DNA of 64,000 nt from Trueperaceae bacterium (GCA_965213705.1 OZ243913.1:3968001-4032000); one strand, 5' to 3'. Shown: positions 48,738-58,962, counted from the first letter of the stretch. The notes: generated from the letters alone by a model not told the origin. Translations and numbers: made by a program.

Positions 48738-49238
48738 CTACCGCGTCTTGACATCGACCTCTTCTTTTTGGTCTGGGCGGTCACCCTCAACGAAGTTTTT
48801 TATGGACTCCAGGGACTTGACCAAGCCCTCACGAATGTCGTCCTTGCTCGGGCCGCGGTCGGGCGCGTCCTCGTTTTGTTCGGGCTGCTTGTCCGCGGGC
48901 GGGCGGCCCTTGAAAGTCAGGTGGACGGTTACTTCGGAGGTGTCGCCCTGCCCCTCTACTTCCAACCAACCCGAATAGTAGTGTTCGTCCGCGCCCCACT
49001 CGAGCCGGTGGGCCGATTCGTCTTTACGAAAATAACCATCCGAGTCGTACTCGTGCCCCTCGACCTCGCCCTGGACCCGCACGCGCTCGCCCTGTTGCGG
49101 CTCGGCGCTCTCGGTGGTGGGCAGGTACTTGGGTAGGTTCCGTACGTCCGAAACGAAGTCGTAAACCCGCTCCGCCGCAGCCTCGACCGTCGTGCTCTCC
49201 TCAAATTCCTGTGTGCCGCCTTGCGTTACGTCACTCAC
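48738..49238 (-). CDS. SRPBCC family protein
   Basis: VEAAAERVYDFVSDVRNLPKY...LESIKNFVE. Confidence 0.85.
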   Translation of the reverse strand: MSDVTQGGTQEFEESTTVEAAAERVYDFVSDVRNLPKYLPTTESAEPQQGERVRVQGEVEGHEYDSDGYFRKDESAHRLEWGADEHYYSGWLEVEGQGDTSEVTVHLTFKGRPPADKQPEQNEDAPDRGPSKDDIREGLVKSLESIKNFVEGDRPDQKEEVDVKTR

Positions 49239-49339
49239 GCTGCTCCCCTTTCAAGTTTGTTTGACCTGCAGCATAAGGCCGGGGGGCGGGAAGGTTGGGG
49301 CGGGTTGCCACAATTGTTTGATTTAGAGATGTATTCATA

Positions 49340-49705
49340 CAAAAGGGGCGAGCAGGTAACCAGTTCCCGCTCGCCCGCTCGAGCGATAAGCCGCCGTTCG
49401 CCCCACACCTCGCCGTGCAGCACGGCCCGAACAGCCCACACGACGTTCTTGTCGCCGGGCCGCAAGTAGCCTTTGTAACCGGTGCGCAAAAACTGCACCA
49501 GGTCCCGGTCACGCCCCGACACAAAAGCCACCGTCGGGTAGGGCGGGGGCGGCGGGTAGGGTGCAAATTAGGCGTGCAGGTCTCTCAGCACAATTTCGGG
49601 TGAAGGCGCGAGCGTAAAACTCGGCGTGAAGCCCTTACGGCACAACAGCGTCTCTAAGTAGTCCTACATCATAACGTTGGACGTGTCGATAAAAACGGTT
49701 GCCAT
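49340..49705 (-). pseudogene. Degraded response-regulator-like gene
   Basis: From ATG 49705: two in-frame stops and a frameshift; FLRTGYKGYL...AVRAVLHGEVWGERRL resembles the end of a NarL-type receiver domain. Confidence 0.45.
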
Positions 49706-50074
49706 GAAAGACTTCCCTCGAGAAAACGGTTTGGGCGCAAAAAAACGGGGCAGTTCGATGTTTTGTACACGTCATCTAAACTTTTGGATGTCTGCAAAAT
49801 TCACAAAGCGTACAAAGCCAGGTTTTCTCAAGACACCCGCGAGACTCGTTAGGGCGCGTTTGAGAAGACGACCCCTGCTTTTACCGACAAAAATGTACCG
49901 TCGAAGTAGGTACAGCACGTGAACCTGGTTCGTTCGGCTCAAATCGAACGAACCTCACGCTCGCTGTTTCGTTGGTTATTACGTTTCAAAAATCCTGAAG
50001 TGCGAGGCCGACGTGTTAGATTTCTTACGCCGACAGCGTGAAAGTAGCCTGTCTTACCGTGTTAGCATCGGGCC

Positions 50075-51391
50075 ATGACGTTCGGCCTGCCGCCCGCCAC
50101 CGATGAGCGCAGTTTGAACGCTCGCTACTTGACGCTCGCAGGCTTGCAAGAATTTGCCGCTCTTTTTCCGCTGGCCGTGCTCGTCGTTCACATGACCGAG
50201 CGCGGTTTGGGTTTGGGCGTGGTGGGCCTCGCTTTCGCCGTGCGTTCAGTTATCGTGGTCATCCTGGAAGTTCCGACCGGCGGTCTGGCCGACGCCGTCG
50301 GCCGCAGACCCGTCGCTTTGGTATCTCAAGCTTTTACGCTGGCCTCGATGGTCGCGCTGCTGCTGGTGACGAACACCTTTACGGCGTTAGTCTTTGCGGT
50401 GCTGCAGGGCGTCGGGGCGGCGCTGAACAGCGGCTCGCTCGAGGCCTGGTACGTCGACACCCTGAAACGGCTTGCGCCCGGCGCAGACCTGCAAAAAAAC
50501 TTGGCCCGTGTCGAGGCGGTCGGCGCGGTCGCGCTGTTGGGCTCGGGCATCGGCGGAGTTTTGCCCACCTTGGTCGCGGGCTGGAACCTGCCTTGGCCGC
50601 TCTCGGCTTTCGGAATCAGCTTGTTCGTAAGTATTTTGTTGAGGTTTGTCGTGTTCGCCCTCACCGCCCTGCTCGTCGAAGAGCCCGACTACAAAGAGCG
50701 CGCGAACATAGCGGGTTTTAGGGCCGTGCCGGGTATCTTGAAAGACGCCGCGCACCTGGCGCGCAGTCTGCCCGTCGTGCCTTACCTCCTCGTGGCGATG
50801 GTCGTCAACGGCGTGGCGATGATCAGCTTGGAGACTTTTTGGCAACCCATCGTCGCCACGGCAACCGGCGCGTCGGCCGAAAACAGCGGTATTTTCGGGC
50901 TGTTGGGTGTGGTGACCGGCGTCGCGTTTTTGGGCGGCAGCTTTGTGGTGATGCAGGGGGCGGGCTCGAGGTTTGTCGGCGGCAAGGCCGGCTTGGCCGG
51001 TTTGAGCCAACTTCTCAAGGGCTTGGCTATCGTTTTGCTCGCGGTCGGCTTGTCCGGGCCGGCTTTGGGCACCGGCCTCGGTATAGCTTACTTCGCCATC
51101 GCCTCCAACAACATTCCTCACGCCACGCTGTTCAACGAAGCGGTGCCCAGCGACCGGCGCTCGGTGATGCTCAGCCTCAATTCGCTGGCCCTGTTTCTGG
51201 GTTTGGCGCTGGGGTCGGGTTTGCTCGGTGGGCTCGCCGCGCTGACCGGGCCCCGCTTGGCCCTGTTGGCGGGGGGGCTGTTTACGGGCTTGGCAAGTTT
51301 AGTCTATCTGGGCGTCGCCAGGGCGCAACGCCGCCAACCCGGCGCGCTGACGCCCGACCCGGTTGTCGAAGCGACCAGTTCCCAGGTCTAA
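50075..51391 (+). CDS. MFS transporter
   Basis: EVPTGGLADAVGRR motif A; about 12 TM; leaderless TAGCAT-6-ATG. Confidence 0.92.
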   Translation: MTFGLPPATDERSLNARYLTLAGLQEFAALFPLAVLVVHMTERGLGLGVVGLAFAVRSVIVVILEVPTGGLADAVGRRPVALVSQAFTLASMVALLLVTNTFTALVFAVLQGVGAALNSGSLEAWYVDTLKRLAPGADLQKNLARVEAVGAVALLGSGIGGVLPTLVAGWNLPWPLSAFGISLFVSILLRFVVFALTALLVEEPDYKERANIAGFRAVPGILKDAAHLARSLPVVPYLLVAMVVNGVAMISLETFWQPIVATATGASAENSGIFGLLGVVTGVAFLGGSFVVMQGAGSRFVGGKAGLAGLSQLLKGLAIVLLAVGLSGPALGTGLGIAYFAIASNNIPHATLFNEAVPSDRRSVMLSLNSLALFLGLALGSGLLGGLAALTGPRLALLAGGLFTGLASLVYLGVARAQRRQPGALTPDPVVEATSSQV

Positions 51392-51495
51392 TACCCTTTC
51401 CGTTTCATTCCCTCAGAATTAAGTGCGGGCAGAGCGAGAAGAAATACGGACTAGCGACAAGGGAGCGAACAACTCTTCCAAGGAGAGCTGTAGTA
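51392..51495 (+). repeat. Second copy of the 8479-8581 repeat
   Basis: ...acggactagcgacaagggagcgaacaactcttccaaggagagctgtagta. Confidence 0.8.
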
Positions 51496-52042
51496 TAAGA
51501 ATCCGTACAACACGGTACCGCCCCGACTGTCGGGGGCACGACTCGGCAACAAAGCAGTGCTCACAACGAGGCGTCCAGCATCTCGCCACACAAGTTTTCG
51601 GTGTAAAGCTCGTAGCACGGAGTCTGAACAAATTCGCCGTAAATAAAACCCAAGCACTCGCGAGACGGTGTTGAAAAGACGCCGAGTCGTCGTCGAGATG
51701 TTGCTGAGACGGTGCAAAAAAGCGCTCGGTGCTTGGGACGTCGAAGTGATGGACTCGTGGACGAAGTAGTGCGTGATGTTTAAGCCCAAAAACAGTATAC
51801 ATGAAAACTCTGACTTTTTTCTTAATCCTCGTTCAACGTCCGAAAACGCGACAAAAAAAGCCAAAAATTACCCTTCAAAGCTCGAGACGGCCTCCAAACA
51901 AGGCGGCTCCCACAGTTGCCCTGCACACATTCGACTTTGAGGCTTTTACTGCGCTACGCTCGCCCACCGAGAACCGGGTAAGAAACCAAAAAACTGAGCT
52001 TGTAGCCCCGCCCCAGTCCCACTCAGGCGGCTTCCTCGCCGG

Positions 52043-52708
52043 TCACGAGGTCCCGACGAGGTCCCGTAGCGCCTTGCGTTGGCGGCGGTGCCCGACGTGG
52101 CCGACGACCACACCCTGCACCGTCACCTCTGTAAGCGGCAGCCGCAAGGGTGCGTAGGCCGCGTTCTCAGCGACGAGGAGCGCGTCACCGCCCTGTTGGT
52201 AATAGCGTTTCAGGGTCGCCGTTTCCTCGTCCGGCAAAAACGCGACGACGACCTCGCCGTCGAGCACTTCTCGGGTTGGGTGGACGACGACGTAGTCGCC
52301 GGGTAGGTAGCCCGCGCCCAACATCGAGTCGCCGTCTACTTTAAGCAAAAAGTCCCCCTCGTGCAGTGGCAACAGGTCGCTCAAGCGGTCGGTGTAGCTC
52401 TCTACTTGCTCGGCGGCGTGGAGCGGTTGCCCCGCCGCGATACAGCCGAGAACGGCAAAACCGGGTTTTTCCAGCAGCGCGCTCGCCTTGGGCGTCAGCA
52501 CGGGCGTCAGGGCTTGGCGGTCCTGCGCTTTGAAGTTCACGTAACCCAGGTCGCGCAACCGCCACACGTGCTCGCGCGTGTTTTGGCGGCTTATGGCGAT
52601 GCGTTTGGACAGCTCGGTCACCGTGGGCGGCCGGCGAAGCGCTTCGCACAGGGCGGCGACCGCCTGCAGCACTTCTTTCTGACGTTCGGTCAGCTCCGAC
52701 TTGGTCAT
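52043..52708 (-). CDS. lexA: LexA-like repressor
   Basis: LTERQ...PPTVTEL wHTH; IAAGQP cleavage site; GDSM Ser; ATLKR Lys. Confidence 0.88.
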   Translation of the reverse strand: MTKSELTERQKEVLQAVAALCEALRRPPTVTELSKRIAISRQNTREHVWRLRDLGYVNFKAQDRQALTPVLTPKASALLEKPGFAVLGCIAAGQPLHAAEQVESYTDRLSDLLPLHEGDFLLKVDGDSMLGAGYLPGDYVVVHPTREVLDGEVVVAFLPDEETATLKRYYQQGGDALLVAENAAYAPLRLPLTEVTVQGVVVGHVGHRRQRKALRDLVGTS

Positions 52709-52819
52709 CGCCCTCATCATGTCACGTGCCGCTCGTTGTGTTCGTACTGAAACCCTCAAAACCTATCCCGGGAGAGCGGTAACCCGTATGAACACGTCTC
52801 GTCCGCCTTATGGGGGTGC

Positions 52820-53296
52820 TCAGCCCTGCCCAAGCAGTTCCTCGAGCTGAAACGCGTGCCGAACCGGGTGCATAGCGGCGTGCTCGAGCATGACGTCGAT
52901 GCAGAGGTGATGCGTTCCCGCGTTGGCAACGTACTCGGGGTGGTAAAACTTTTCTTCTTCAACGTCGGCAAGGGGCAAGCGCCAGCGCTCGAGCAGGTGC
53001 TCCAAATAAGCATCTGCCTCCTTGCCGACGACGGCGGAATCCGGGGCAGGCTTAATCTCAGGGTCAGGTAGATTGAGTTGCTTGCACGTCCAAGTCATGT
53101 AGCCTCGTGCAGCGCCCAGAACATGGCTCAGCAAGGTTTCCAGAGACGCATAGTTGCCATCCTCTGTTTGCGGCAGTTTGACTTGGGCGGCTTTCGCCTG
53201 TTTCCAGACACTTAGACACTCGCGCATATGTTTTTCGTGCAAGAGCACCAACGCTCTTGCACCCCGATGTTGGTAGTCGCTCAGTTCTTTAGCCAC
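52820..53296 (-). CDS. DinB/YfiT family protein
   Basis: LLSHVL ... EHAAMHPVRH His triad. Confidence 0.75.
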   Translation of the reverse strand: MAKELSDYQHRGARALVLLHEKHMRECLSVWKQAKAAQVKLPQTEDGNYASLETLLSHVLGAARGYMTWTCKQLNLPDPEIKPAPDSAVVGKEADAYLEHLLERWRLPLADVEEEKFYHPEYVANAGTHHLCIDVMLEHAAMHPVRHAFQLEELLGQG

Positions 53297-53299
53297 AAC

Positions 53300-53764
53300 T
53301 TACCTCTCGTAAAATTTGGGCAGCTCGAGGCCTAAGAGTCTCAGGTAAACGAACCCTTGGCTCCGGTGGTGAATCTCGTTGTCGATGACGTAGAAAATCC
53401 GCTCGAGGTTGCTCGCAGTCATGCCCCAAGCGTCGGTTTCCACAAGCTGGAACTTGGCCGTATCCAAGCTTGCGTAAATTTCTTTCGTCCGCTCCTGCAC
53501 CTCGCCGAAGGCGTGCAGCAACTCGGCTTTGGTCTCTAGGCCGTCGTAGGTGGGTTCCCAAGTCCATTCACCCGTAGCGAGACCCTGAAACACCGCCGTT
53601 TCCACATTGAGGAGTTCCCATAGCAGTTCGGCAAAGGTGCGCATTCCCTCGACTTTATAGCTGGCGAGTTGGTCTTGGGGATACGCTTCGAGGGTGCGCA
53701 GGGTCAGGCGGCGGTGGCCTTGCCAGTGCTCAAGTAGTTTTTCTTTGCTTAGCAATTCGCTCAT
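53300..53764 (-). CDS. DinB family protein
   Basis: EHWQGHRRLT...DNEIHHRSQGFVYLR. Confidence 0.9.
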   Translation of the reverse strand: MSELLSKEKLLEHWQGHRRLTLRTLEAYPQDQLASYKVEGMRTFAELLWELLNVETAVFQGLATGEWTWEPTYDGLETKAELLHAFGEVQERTKEIYASLDTAKFQLVETDAWGMTASNLERIFYVIDNEIHHRSQGFVYLRLLGLELPKFYER

Positions 53765-53797
53765 ATTTTTCTCTCGTCCTTGCTTCTTCTATTTTCT

Positions 53798-54265
53798 TTA
53801 ACGCTCGTAGAATGCAGGTGGCTCAATGCCAAGTAGCCTCAAATAAACATAGCCTTGTGCGCGGTGATGGATTTCGTTATCAATCATGTAAAGTAGACGT
53901 TCACGATTAGGTTTCTCTGCCCCACCAGCATCTATTTCCACTGCCTCGATCCTTTCAGGTGTCAACTGTGTCCACACTGCTCGAGTTGTCTGCGCCGTCT
54001 CTTTAAAGACTGTGAGAAGAGCTTCTTTATTAAAAACGCTTTTGTATTTAGGCTGCCATACCCAATCTCCAGATAGAACACTGTGGAGAAAGTTCACTTC
54101 TATTTCGAGAATCTCAACCATCATTTTGCCGAATGACCGCATCGGCACGACAGTGTAGTCAAAGAGTTTGGCTTCAGGAAATGCCTCAACGGTACGAAGC
54201 GTTAAACGGCGGTGGCCTTGCCAGTGCTCGAGTAGCGCTTCAGGGGTCAACAACGATTGGCTCAT
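53798..54265 (-). CDS. DinB family protein (paralog of 53300-53764)
   Basis: EHWQGHRRLT...DNEIHHRAQGYVYLR. Confidence 0.9.
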   Translation of the reverse strand: MSQSLLTPEALLEHWQGHRRLTLRTVEAFPEAKLFDYTVVPMRSFGKMMVEILEIEVNFLHSVLSGDWVWQPKYKSVFNKEALLTVFKETAQTTRAVWTQLTPERIEAVEIDAGGAEKPNRERLLYMIDNEIHHRAQGYVYLRLLGIEPPAFYER

Positions 54266-54325
54266 AACCTAGTCTCCTTTTACGAATGTATAAACCTCAT
54301 CATTTTTCTCTGGACGGCGTCATGG

Positions 54326-54802
54326 TTATTCGTTTTTCCACGGCCCCCACATAACGTCGTCACCGGGCAGCGGGAAGCCGGAAGTTTTCAGCGCCAGCAA
54401 CACCTGCCCCCGGTGGTGCGCGTCGTGGACCATCATGTGGATGAGGTAGGCGTCTAAGCTCGTATGGGGTAAGTCCCCTGTATCATCAGCGGTTTCGGCG
54501 GCGTCCAAGACAGCGTCGGCGGTTTGCTGGGCGACTTCGCGGATGCGCCCTAAGTCGGTTTCGGCAACAAAGCCCTCAGCCTCCTCGTCATAAAGGTTAG
54601 GCAGCGGCTCGAGTCTCGCTTTGGCAAACTTTGTGCCAAAATGCTTGGGCGTACCCACGAACTCCGCGATGTGCTGCGCCACGGTCCAACCACCCCCAGG
54701 GGTCTGCGCCGTCACCATGTCGGGGGTGAGGTGCTCTAAGAGCGTCCTATTGATGCGGGTATTGGCTTGCCAGGCTTTTTTGACGGATGGACTCAAAGAC
54801 AT
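54326..54802 (-). CDS. DinB family protein
   Basis: WTVAQHI...HDAHHRGQ. Confidence 0.9.
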   Translation of the reverse strand: MSLSPSVKKAWQANTRINRTLLEHLTPDMVTAQTPGGGWTVAQHIAEFVGTPKHFGTKFAKARLEPLPNLYDEEAEGFVAETDLGRIREVAQQTADAVLDAAETADDTGDLPHTSLDAYLIHMMVHDAHHRGQVLLALKTSGFPLPGDDVMWGPWKNE

Positions 54803-54951
54803 GATGTTCCTTTCTTAATGGTGGCGAAAATGGATTCGGACGCCTTGATTGGCGTGAGTCTCCTTGACTGAACCGCGCTGATTTGTGAGGGATGTGCCGA
54901 CCAGTGGCGGCCTCAGTCTAACAGATGAACGGGCATCACCTCCAGAATGTC

Positions 54952-55512
54952 TCAATAAACTGTGCATAGGCGAAATTCCCTTTGCGCCGCCTGAAACGCC
55001 TCTCGAGTCATCGCGTAGTAAGCGCCGCCGTTCGCGTCGAAATGCTCATTTTCGGTACGCTTCAGACCGGCTTTTTCAATGACGCGCAAGGACGCACTAT
55101 TGGAAAGTAGCGCGCCCGCGCCGATGCGCTCGAGCTTCAAGTGGGTAAAGCCGTACCACAAACACGCCTGCATGATTTCCGTTGCCAAGCCAAGCCCCCA
55201 GTACGCTTTGGCGAGGATATAGGCGACCTCCGCTGGAGCCACAAACCCGCCCATGCCGATGAGCACGGCGTCCGCCTTATGCACGACCGCCCACAAACCC
55301 CACGGTTGTTGCGCCCACTGAGTCCGGTACTCGCCCAGCGTTTGGACCACCTGTTCCCTTGTCTGAACGCCGTCACTGATGAACGCCATCACGTCGGGGT
55401 CGCCATAAATTCCAGCGAGGTCGTCCGCGTCTTCCGGTCTGAACTGGCGCAGGTACAAGCGGGGTGTTTCAAGGTCTCGAGCTTCTGGGTGAAGCGAGCG
55501 TTTTTCTCTCAT
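54952..55512 (-). CDS. GNAT acetyltransferase (RimJ/RimL type)
   Basis: LETPRLYLR, YWGLGLATE, NSASLRVIEKAG. Confidence 0.9.
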   Translation of the reverse strand: MREKRSLHPEARDLETPRLYLRQFRPEDADDLAGIYGDPDVMAFISDGVQTREQVVQTLGEYRTQWAQQPWGLWAVVHKADAVLIGMGGFVAPAEVAYILAKAYWGLGLATEIMQACLWYGFTHLKLERIGAGALLSNSASLRVIEKAGLKRTENEHFDANGGAYYAMTREAFQAAQREFRLCTVY

Positions 55513-55514
55513 AG

Positions 55515-55997
55515 CTAAGATGTTCCAACCGCCCCGACCATCTGCCGAATCGCCCCCAAATGGTAAGCCGCGTGCGGCGTAAAAGCCAGCATCACCGTCA
55601 GCATCTGCTCGTCGGCAATCTCCTCTTGAGCTTGAATCGCACGGTGAAGCGTTTCGTACTCGCTTTTGAGGTCGGCGCGGAGCTCTTCCCAGGCGGCAGC
55701 GTCCACGGTTTGCACCGTCCAGCTTTCCGCCCAGTTCAGCTCCGGGGTTTCGCCCCGCGTGAAAGCGTTGGCGAGCGCCAGACTCCAGTGCACATGTTCG
55801 GTGTGCGCGGCGATGCTCGAGCCACTCGGCTGGCGGCTCGAGGCCTCCTCAGCACTCACGTTCTCGAGCGTTCCTAAAAGCCCGGAGCCCGGTTCGTTGT
55901 TGATAAACCAGGTGTAGGCGTGGTTGGGGCCGGTGTAGGCTTCGCTGAACAGTTCAGCAAGGATGGTAGTCAAGGTTTCATTGGGGATACTGGTCAT
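55515..55997 (-). CDS. DinB family protein
   Basis: SIAAHTEH...HAAYHLGAIRQ. Confidence 0.85.
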   Translation of the reverse strand: MTSIPNETLTTILAELFSEAYTGPNHAYTWFINNEPGSGLLGTLENVSAEEASSRQPSGSSIAAHTEHVHWSLALANAFTRGETPELNWAESWTVQTVDAAAWEELRADLKSEYETLHRAIQAQEEIADEQMLTVMLAFTPHAAYHLGAIRQMVGAVGTS

Positions 55998-56085
55998 GAT
56001 TGATCCTCAGCAAAGGTTATGAGAGGGTCGTTCTCGAGTAAGCTTTTCTCAAAAACAGCTTGCATAGCTCATTCCTTTCAGCGGG

Positions 56086-56457
56086 TCAACCAACCTGAGT
56101 GGCGAGCCACCAGGTATTGCCTGCCGGGTCCTTGACCCCGCCCCGGCGGTCGGGTTCGTCTTTCTGAACAGGCTCCTGCACGGAGACACCCCCCGCTTTC
56201 AGTGCGCGCTGATAGGCAGCGTCTACGTCGGGCACGTAAACGTGCAGCCAGACCGGAAAAGGTTGGTCGGTATCGGCAATCATGACGACGGTGTCGTCTA
56301 TCTGAACTTCGGCGTGCATGACGGAACCGTCCGAATTGTGGAAGCGCCGTAGCACCTCAGCACCCAACGCCTCAGTCAGAAAGTCAATAACGTGTTGCGC
56401 CCCGTTCGCCATGATGTAAACCGAGACGCTGGCGTAGCCTTGCGGTTTATAGGTCAT
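56086..56457 (-). CDS. VOC/glyoxalase (PhnB-like) protein
   Basis: VMHAEVQIDD, DVDAAYQRAL, VKDPAGNTWW. Confidence 0.9.
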   Translation of the reverse strand: MTYKPQGYASVSVYIMANGAQHVIDFLTEALGAEVLRRFHNSDGSVMHAEVQIDDTVVMIADTDQPFPVWLHVYVPDVDAAYQRALKAGGVSVQEPVQKDEPDRRGGVKDPAGNTWWLATQVG

Positions 56458-56465
56458 AAATTCTC

Positions 56466-56831
56466 CTATCCTGCTTTGAAATGTGGGTTTTGAATGATAC
56501 CGAGCGCGTTGCCGAACAGGTCTTCGACCAGCGCCGTTTTGATACCGTCACCGACATCCTCAACTTGATTGATGGCGGTTGCGCCCAGCTCGAGCAACCG
56601 TTTGAAAACCGCTTCGATGTCGTCTACTCGCCAGTACGGAACGCTCCCGCCCAAACCTTGCAAACTCTCGTTACGGTCGGGTTGCAGGCCGAGTTCGTAA
56701 CCCCCAACATCGAAGCCGACGTAAAAGGCTTCGTCAAAGTAAGGTTGGACGCCCAACACCTCGCTGTACCAGGCTTTAGCTTTTTCAATGTCGGGGGCGT
56801 GATAAATGGCGGTGACTAACTGCTTGAACAT
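56466..56831 (-). CDS. VOC/glyoxalase family protein
   Basis: DIEKAKAWY...YWRVDDI...DLFGN. Confidence 0.9.
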   Translation of the reverse strand: MFKQLVTAIYHAPDIEKAKAWYSEVLGVQPYFDEAFYVGFDVGGYELGLQPDRNESLQGLGGSVPYWRVDDIEAVFKRLLELGATAINQVEDVGDGIKTALVEDLFGNALGIIQNPHFKAG

Positions 56832-56840
56832 ACGCTTTCC

Positions 56841-57461
56841 TTAGTGGGCCTTCTCAACGGGTTGCCTGAGCACGGTTCGCAGGTTCTCGGGCGCGGCTCT
56901 GCGAGGGTCGCCCAAATAGATTTCGTGGTGCTTGCCGCGCAGGGTGTACCCCTGTTGCTCGACAAAGTCGTGCAGCTTGGCAATCGTCGGCCCTTCGTCG
57001 TCGTAAGAACCTAGGTGCATAATTTGCGCGGCCAAACCTTCGTGATAGCTTTCAAACCTGAGCTTAGCCAACGCGACGGGATTTTTCTTTTTTTCGACTT
57101 CGGCTTTTGTTTCGTCAAACAGTTTTTCTGTGACCTCTTCGGGCTGCATTATCAGCATCGTCCAGTGCCAAGCGTCTTTGTCTCGAGCGCTCGTAAAGGT
57201 ACGCATATCGTCCGCCCACCACAGGCCCTCGAGCGGCATCACGACATAATCGACCCCCGCAGTCTTTTTGACCTTGAACTTGAGCGCGTAAGCCACCGCG
57301 TAAAGCGCCTCGACCGCCTCCGCGTAACGCAGTGAGGTGTTGGGGTTGCCTTGACCGTCAATCATCAAAAAGTTCATAGCGAGAACCCCGACTGTGACGA
57401 CTTCTTTGGCTGAAGGCTTGTAAAGATGCTTCAGTTCTTTTTTGTAATCAACTTTCGTCAC
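56841..57461 (-). CDS. GyrI-like small-molecule-binding protein
   Basis: DYKKELKHLY, MPLEGLWW, HLGSYDDE, HHEIYLGDPRR. Confidence 0.88.
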   Translation of the reverse strand: MTKVDYKKELKHLYKPSAKEVVTVGVLAMNFLMIDGQGNPNTSLRYAEAVEALYAVAYALKFKVKKTAGVDYVVMPLEGLWWADDMRTFTSARDKDAWHWTMLIMQPEEVTEKLFDETKAEVEKKKNPVALAKLRFESYHEGLAAQIMHLGSYDDEGPTIAKLHDFVEQQGYTLRGKHHEIYLGDPRRAAPENLRTVLRQPVEKAH

Positions 57462-57865
57462 GCGTTTTTCTCTTCGCCGAGGCTGTACTCAAAGGTGTAG
57501 CCGTGCTCTCCCCCACTCACTTCTATCGTCATCTGCCCCTTCAGCCCCACTAGTTCCCCCGTACCCGAATCCGGCACGACGGTGATGTTCTGCTCGCCCT
57601 CGCCGCGGGTCATGGTGCTCGAGTGTTGCAAGACGAACGTTCCCTGCCGTCCGTGCAGCGTGCCCGTGAATTTTTCAATAGCGACGTAACCGGCAGAATT
57701 TTCAACGCTCGTTCTGGCGCTCAGCATCTCGCCTTTACTCGTGCCCTCCAAGTCGCCGTGAAACTGCTTGGCGATGGACAGCCTGCCAAGGCTCGCGTCC
57801 GCTTCGGGGTCGGACAGAACTTGTGGTTTCAGGTCGACTTCGAAAGTGCCGCTGGCTTTCGTCAT
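57458..57865 (-). CDS. DUF3224 family protein
   Basis: FHGDLEG, AGYVAIE, FVLQH, VVPDSGTGEL. Confidence 0.85.
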   Translation of the reverse strand: MTKASGTFEVDLKPQVLSDPEADASLGRLSIAKQFHGDLEGTSKGEMLSARTSVENSAGYVAIEKFTGTLHGRQGTFVLQHSSTMTRGEGEQNITVVPDSGTGELVGLKGQMTIEVSGGEHGYTFEYSLGEEKNA

Positions 57866-57902
57866 ATGTTCCTCTTTCTGAAAGGGGCTCGAGCCCAAGC
57901 GT

Positions 57903-58319
57903 TTACGCTTTTTTTGAACGCATCGCCTCGAGGTGGGCTATCGTTTGGTCGCTCGCAAGTTTTTTGTAGTTCGTGTCTTCGACGGCGACCAGGGCGAGCC
58001 TTCCCTCCTCGTCGCTGTGAATCCCCCAGCCGTAGCGTTTGGGCAGCGGCGACGCCCGCATACACGGCTGACCTTTTGAGAAGAATCTTTCTCGCCCGGT
58101 TGCACGGTCCTTTTCGGGAATACCCTGTCTTTCTGCGTACACGGCGAACAGCACGTCGTCGGAGGTGTAGCGGTAGGGATGCTCGAGAATCATGCTGTAC
58201 TGAAGGCTCGCAACTGTTTTCTTATCACCTTTTTGTGGAGGAACTTCCGCCACCGTTACCGGACAATCTTCCGCAACCTCGATAAACGTGTTGGCGTAAT
58301 TGGTGGTGTGATGTTTCAT
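57903..58319 (-). CDS. DUF6157-like protein
   Basis: HTTNYANTFIEVAEDC...FFSKGQPCMRASPL.KRYGWGIH. Confidence 0.75.
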   Translation of the reverse strand: MKHHTTNYANTFIEVAEDCPVTVAEVPPQKGDKKTVASLQYSMILEHPYRYTSDDVLFAVYAERQGIPEKDRATGRERFFSKGQPCMRASPLPKRYGWGIHSDEEGRLALVAVEDTNYKKLASDQTIAHLEAMRSKKA

Positions 58320-58353
58320 TTCCCCTCACTTTCAAGTGTTGCCAAGCTCGAGC

Positions 58354-58764
58354 CTACGCTCGCCGCACATCGAAAAATTGCCCGTAAGCAAAAAAGTGGG
58401 GCGGTGGGAGAGCCGCCCCGGGAAGGGATTGGGACACCGAACGTAAACCGACTTCGCCGCCTTTGGTATCTTCGAAGACGGCGATAAAGCCGTTTTCGCC
58501 GATGCTCGTTTTTGCCTGCAGCACTGCGCCGCCTGCCGCCTCGACGCGGTCCTGGACGATTTGTAAGTCGTCACCACCGTTCAGGTGAGGAAGCGTACCG
58601 TTGTGTCTCAGCGTGTAGTCTGCGCCCTGCACGAGTGCGCCGCCGACGCCGTCGGGAGTAGGGAAAACTGCCATTTTGTGCCCGTCGAGCATGGGATAGT
58701 CCTCGAGCTTGGCGCTCTCCATGCCTTTCACGGGAACGTCGAACCCGTTGAGGACACTTTTCAT
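58354..58764 (-). pseudogene. Decaying VOC-family gene
   Basis: VOC motifs eroded (LNGFDVP, DTKGG), the FY-containing helix appears deleted after AK, C-terminus extended. Confidence 0.55.
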
Positions 58765-58838
58765 ACACGTCTCCCTGGTTGACGTCTCCTCAGTTGACCT
58801 CTCCTCGGTGTGGCTCCCCAGCGGCGTGCGGGTGGTTA

Positions 58839-58885
58839 TGTCACGTGACACCCTTAGTATATACAGGTAGCTCGAAATTTGACAA
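58839..58885 (-). promoter_or_regulatory. Promoter of the DinB/VOC array with a palindrome at the predicted start site
   Basis: TTGTCA-18-TATACT (58861-58856); perfect TGTCACGTGACA at 58839-58850. Confidence 0.55.
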
Positions 58886-58962
58886 GTCCTCTCGAGGTAC
58901 TCTAAGGGCGCTGCTACTGACGCAATCGTTTTAAGAGAGTTACATGAATACCGGAGGCACTT

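Noticed and set aside
49927..49954. GGTTCGTTCG-N8-CGAACGAACC inverted repeat as an SOS box or ncRNA
   Set aside because: Single occurrence, spacing unlike the LexA boxes I know, no supporting context.
51500..52040. Several 80-140-aa ORFs between the MFS gene and lexA
   Set aside because: No recognisable motifs, atypical composition, mutually overlapping frames.
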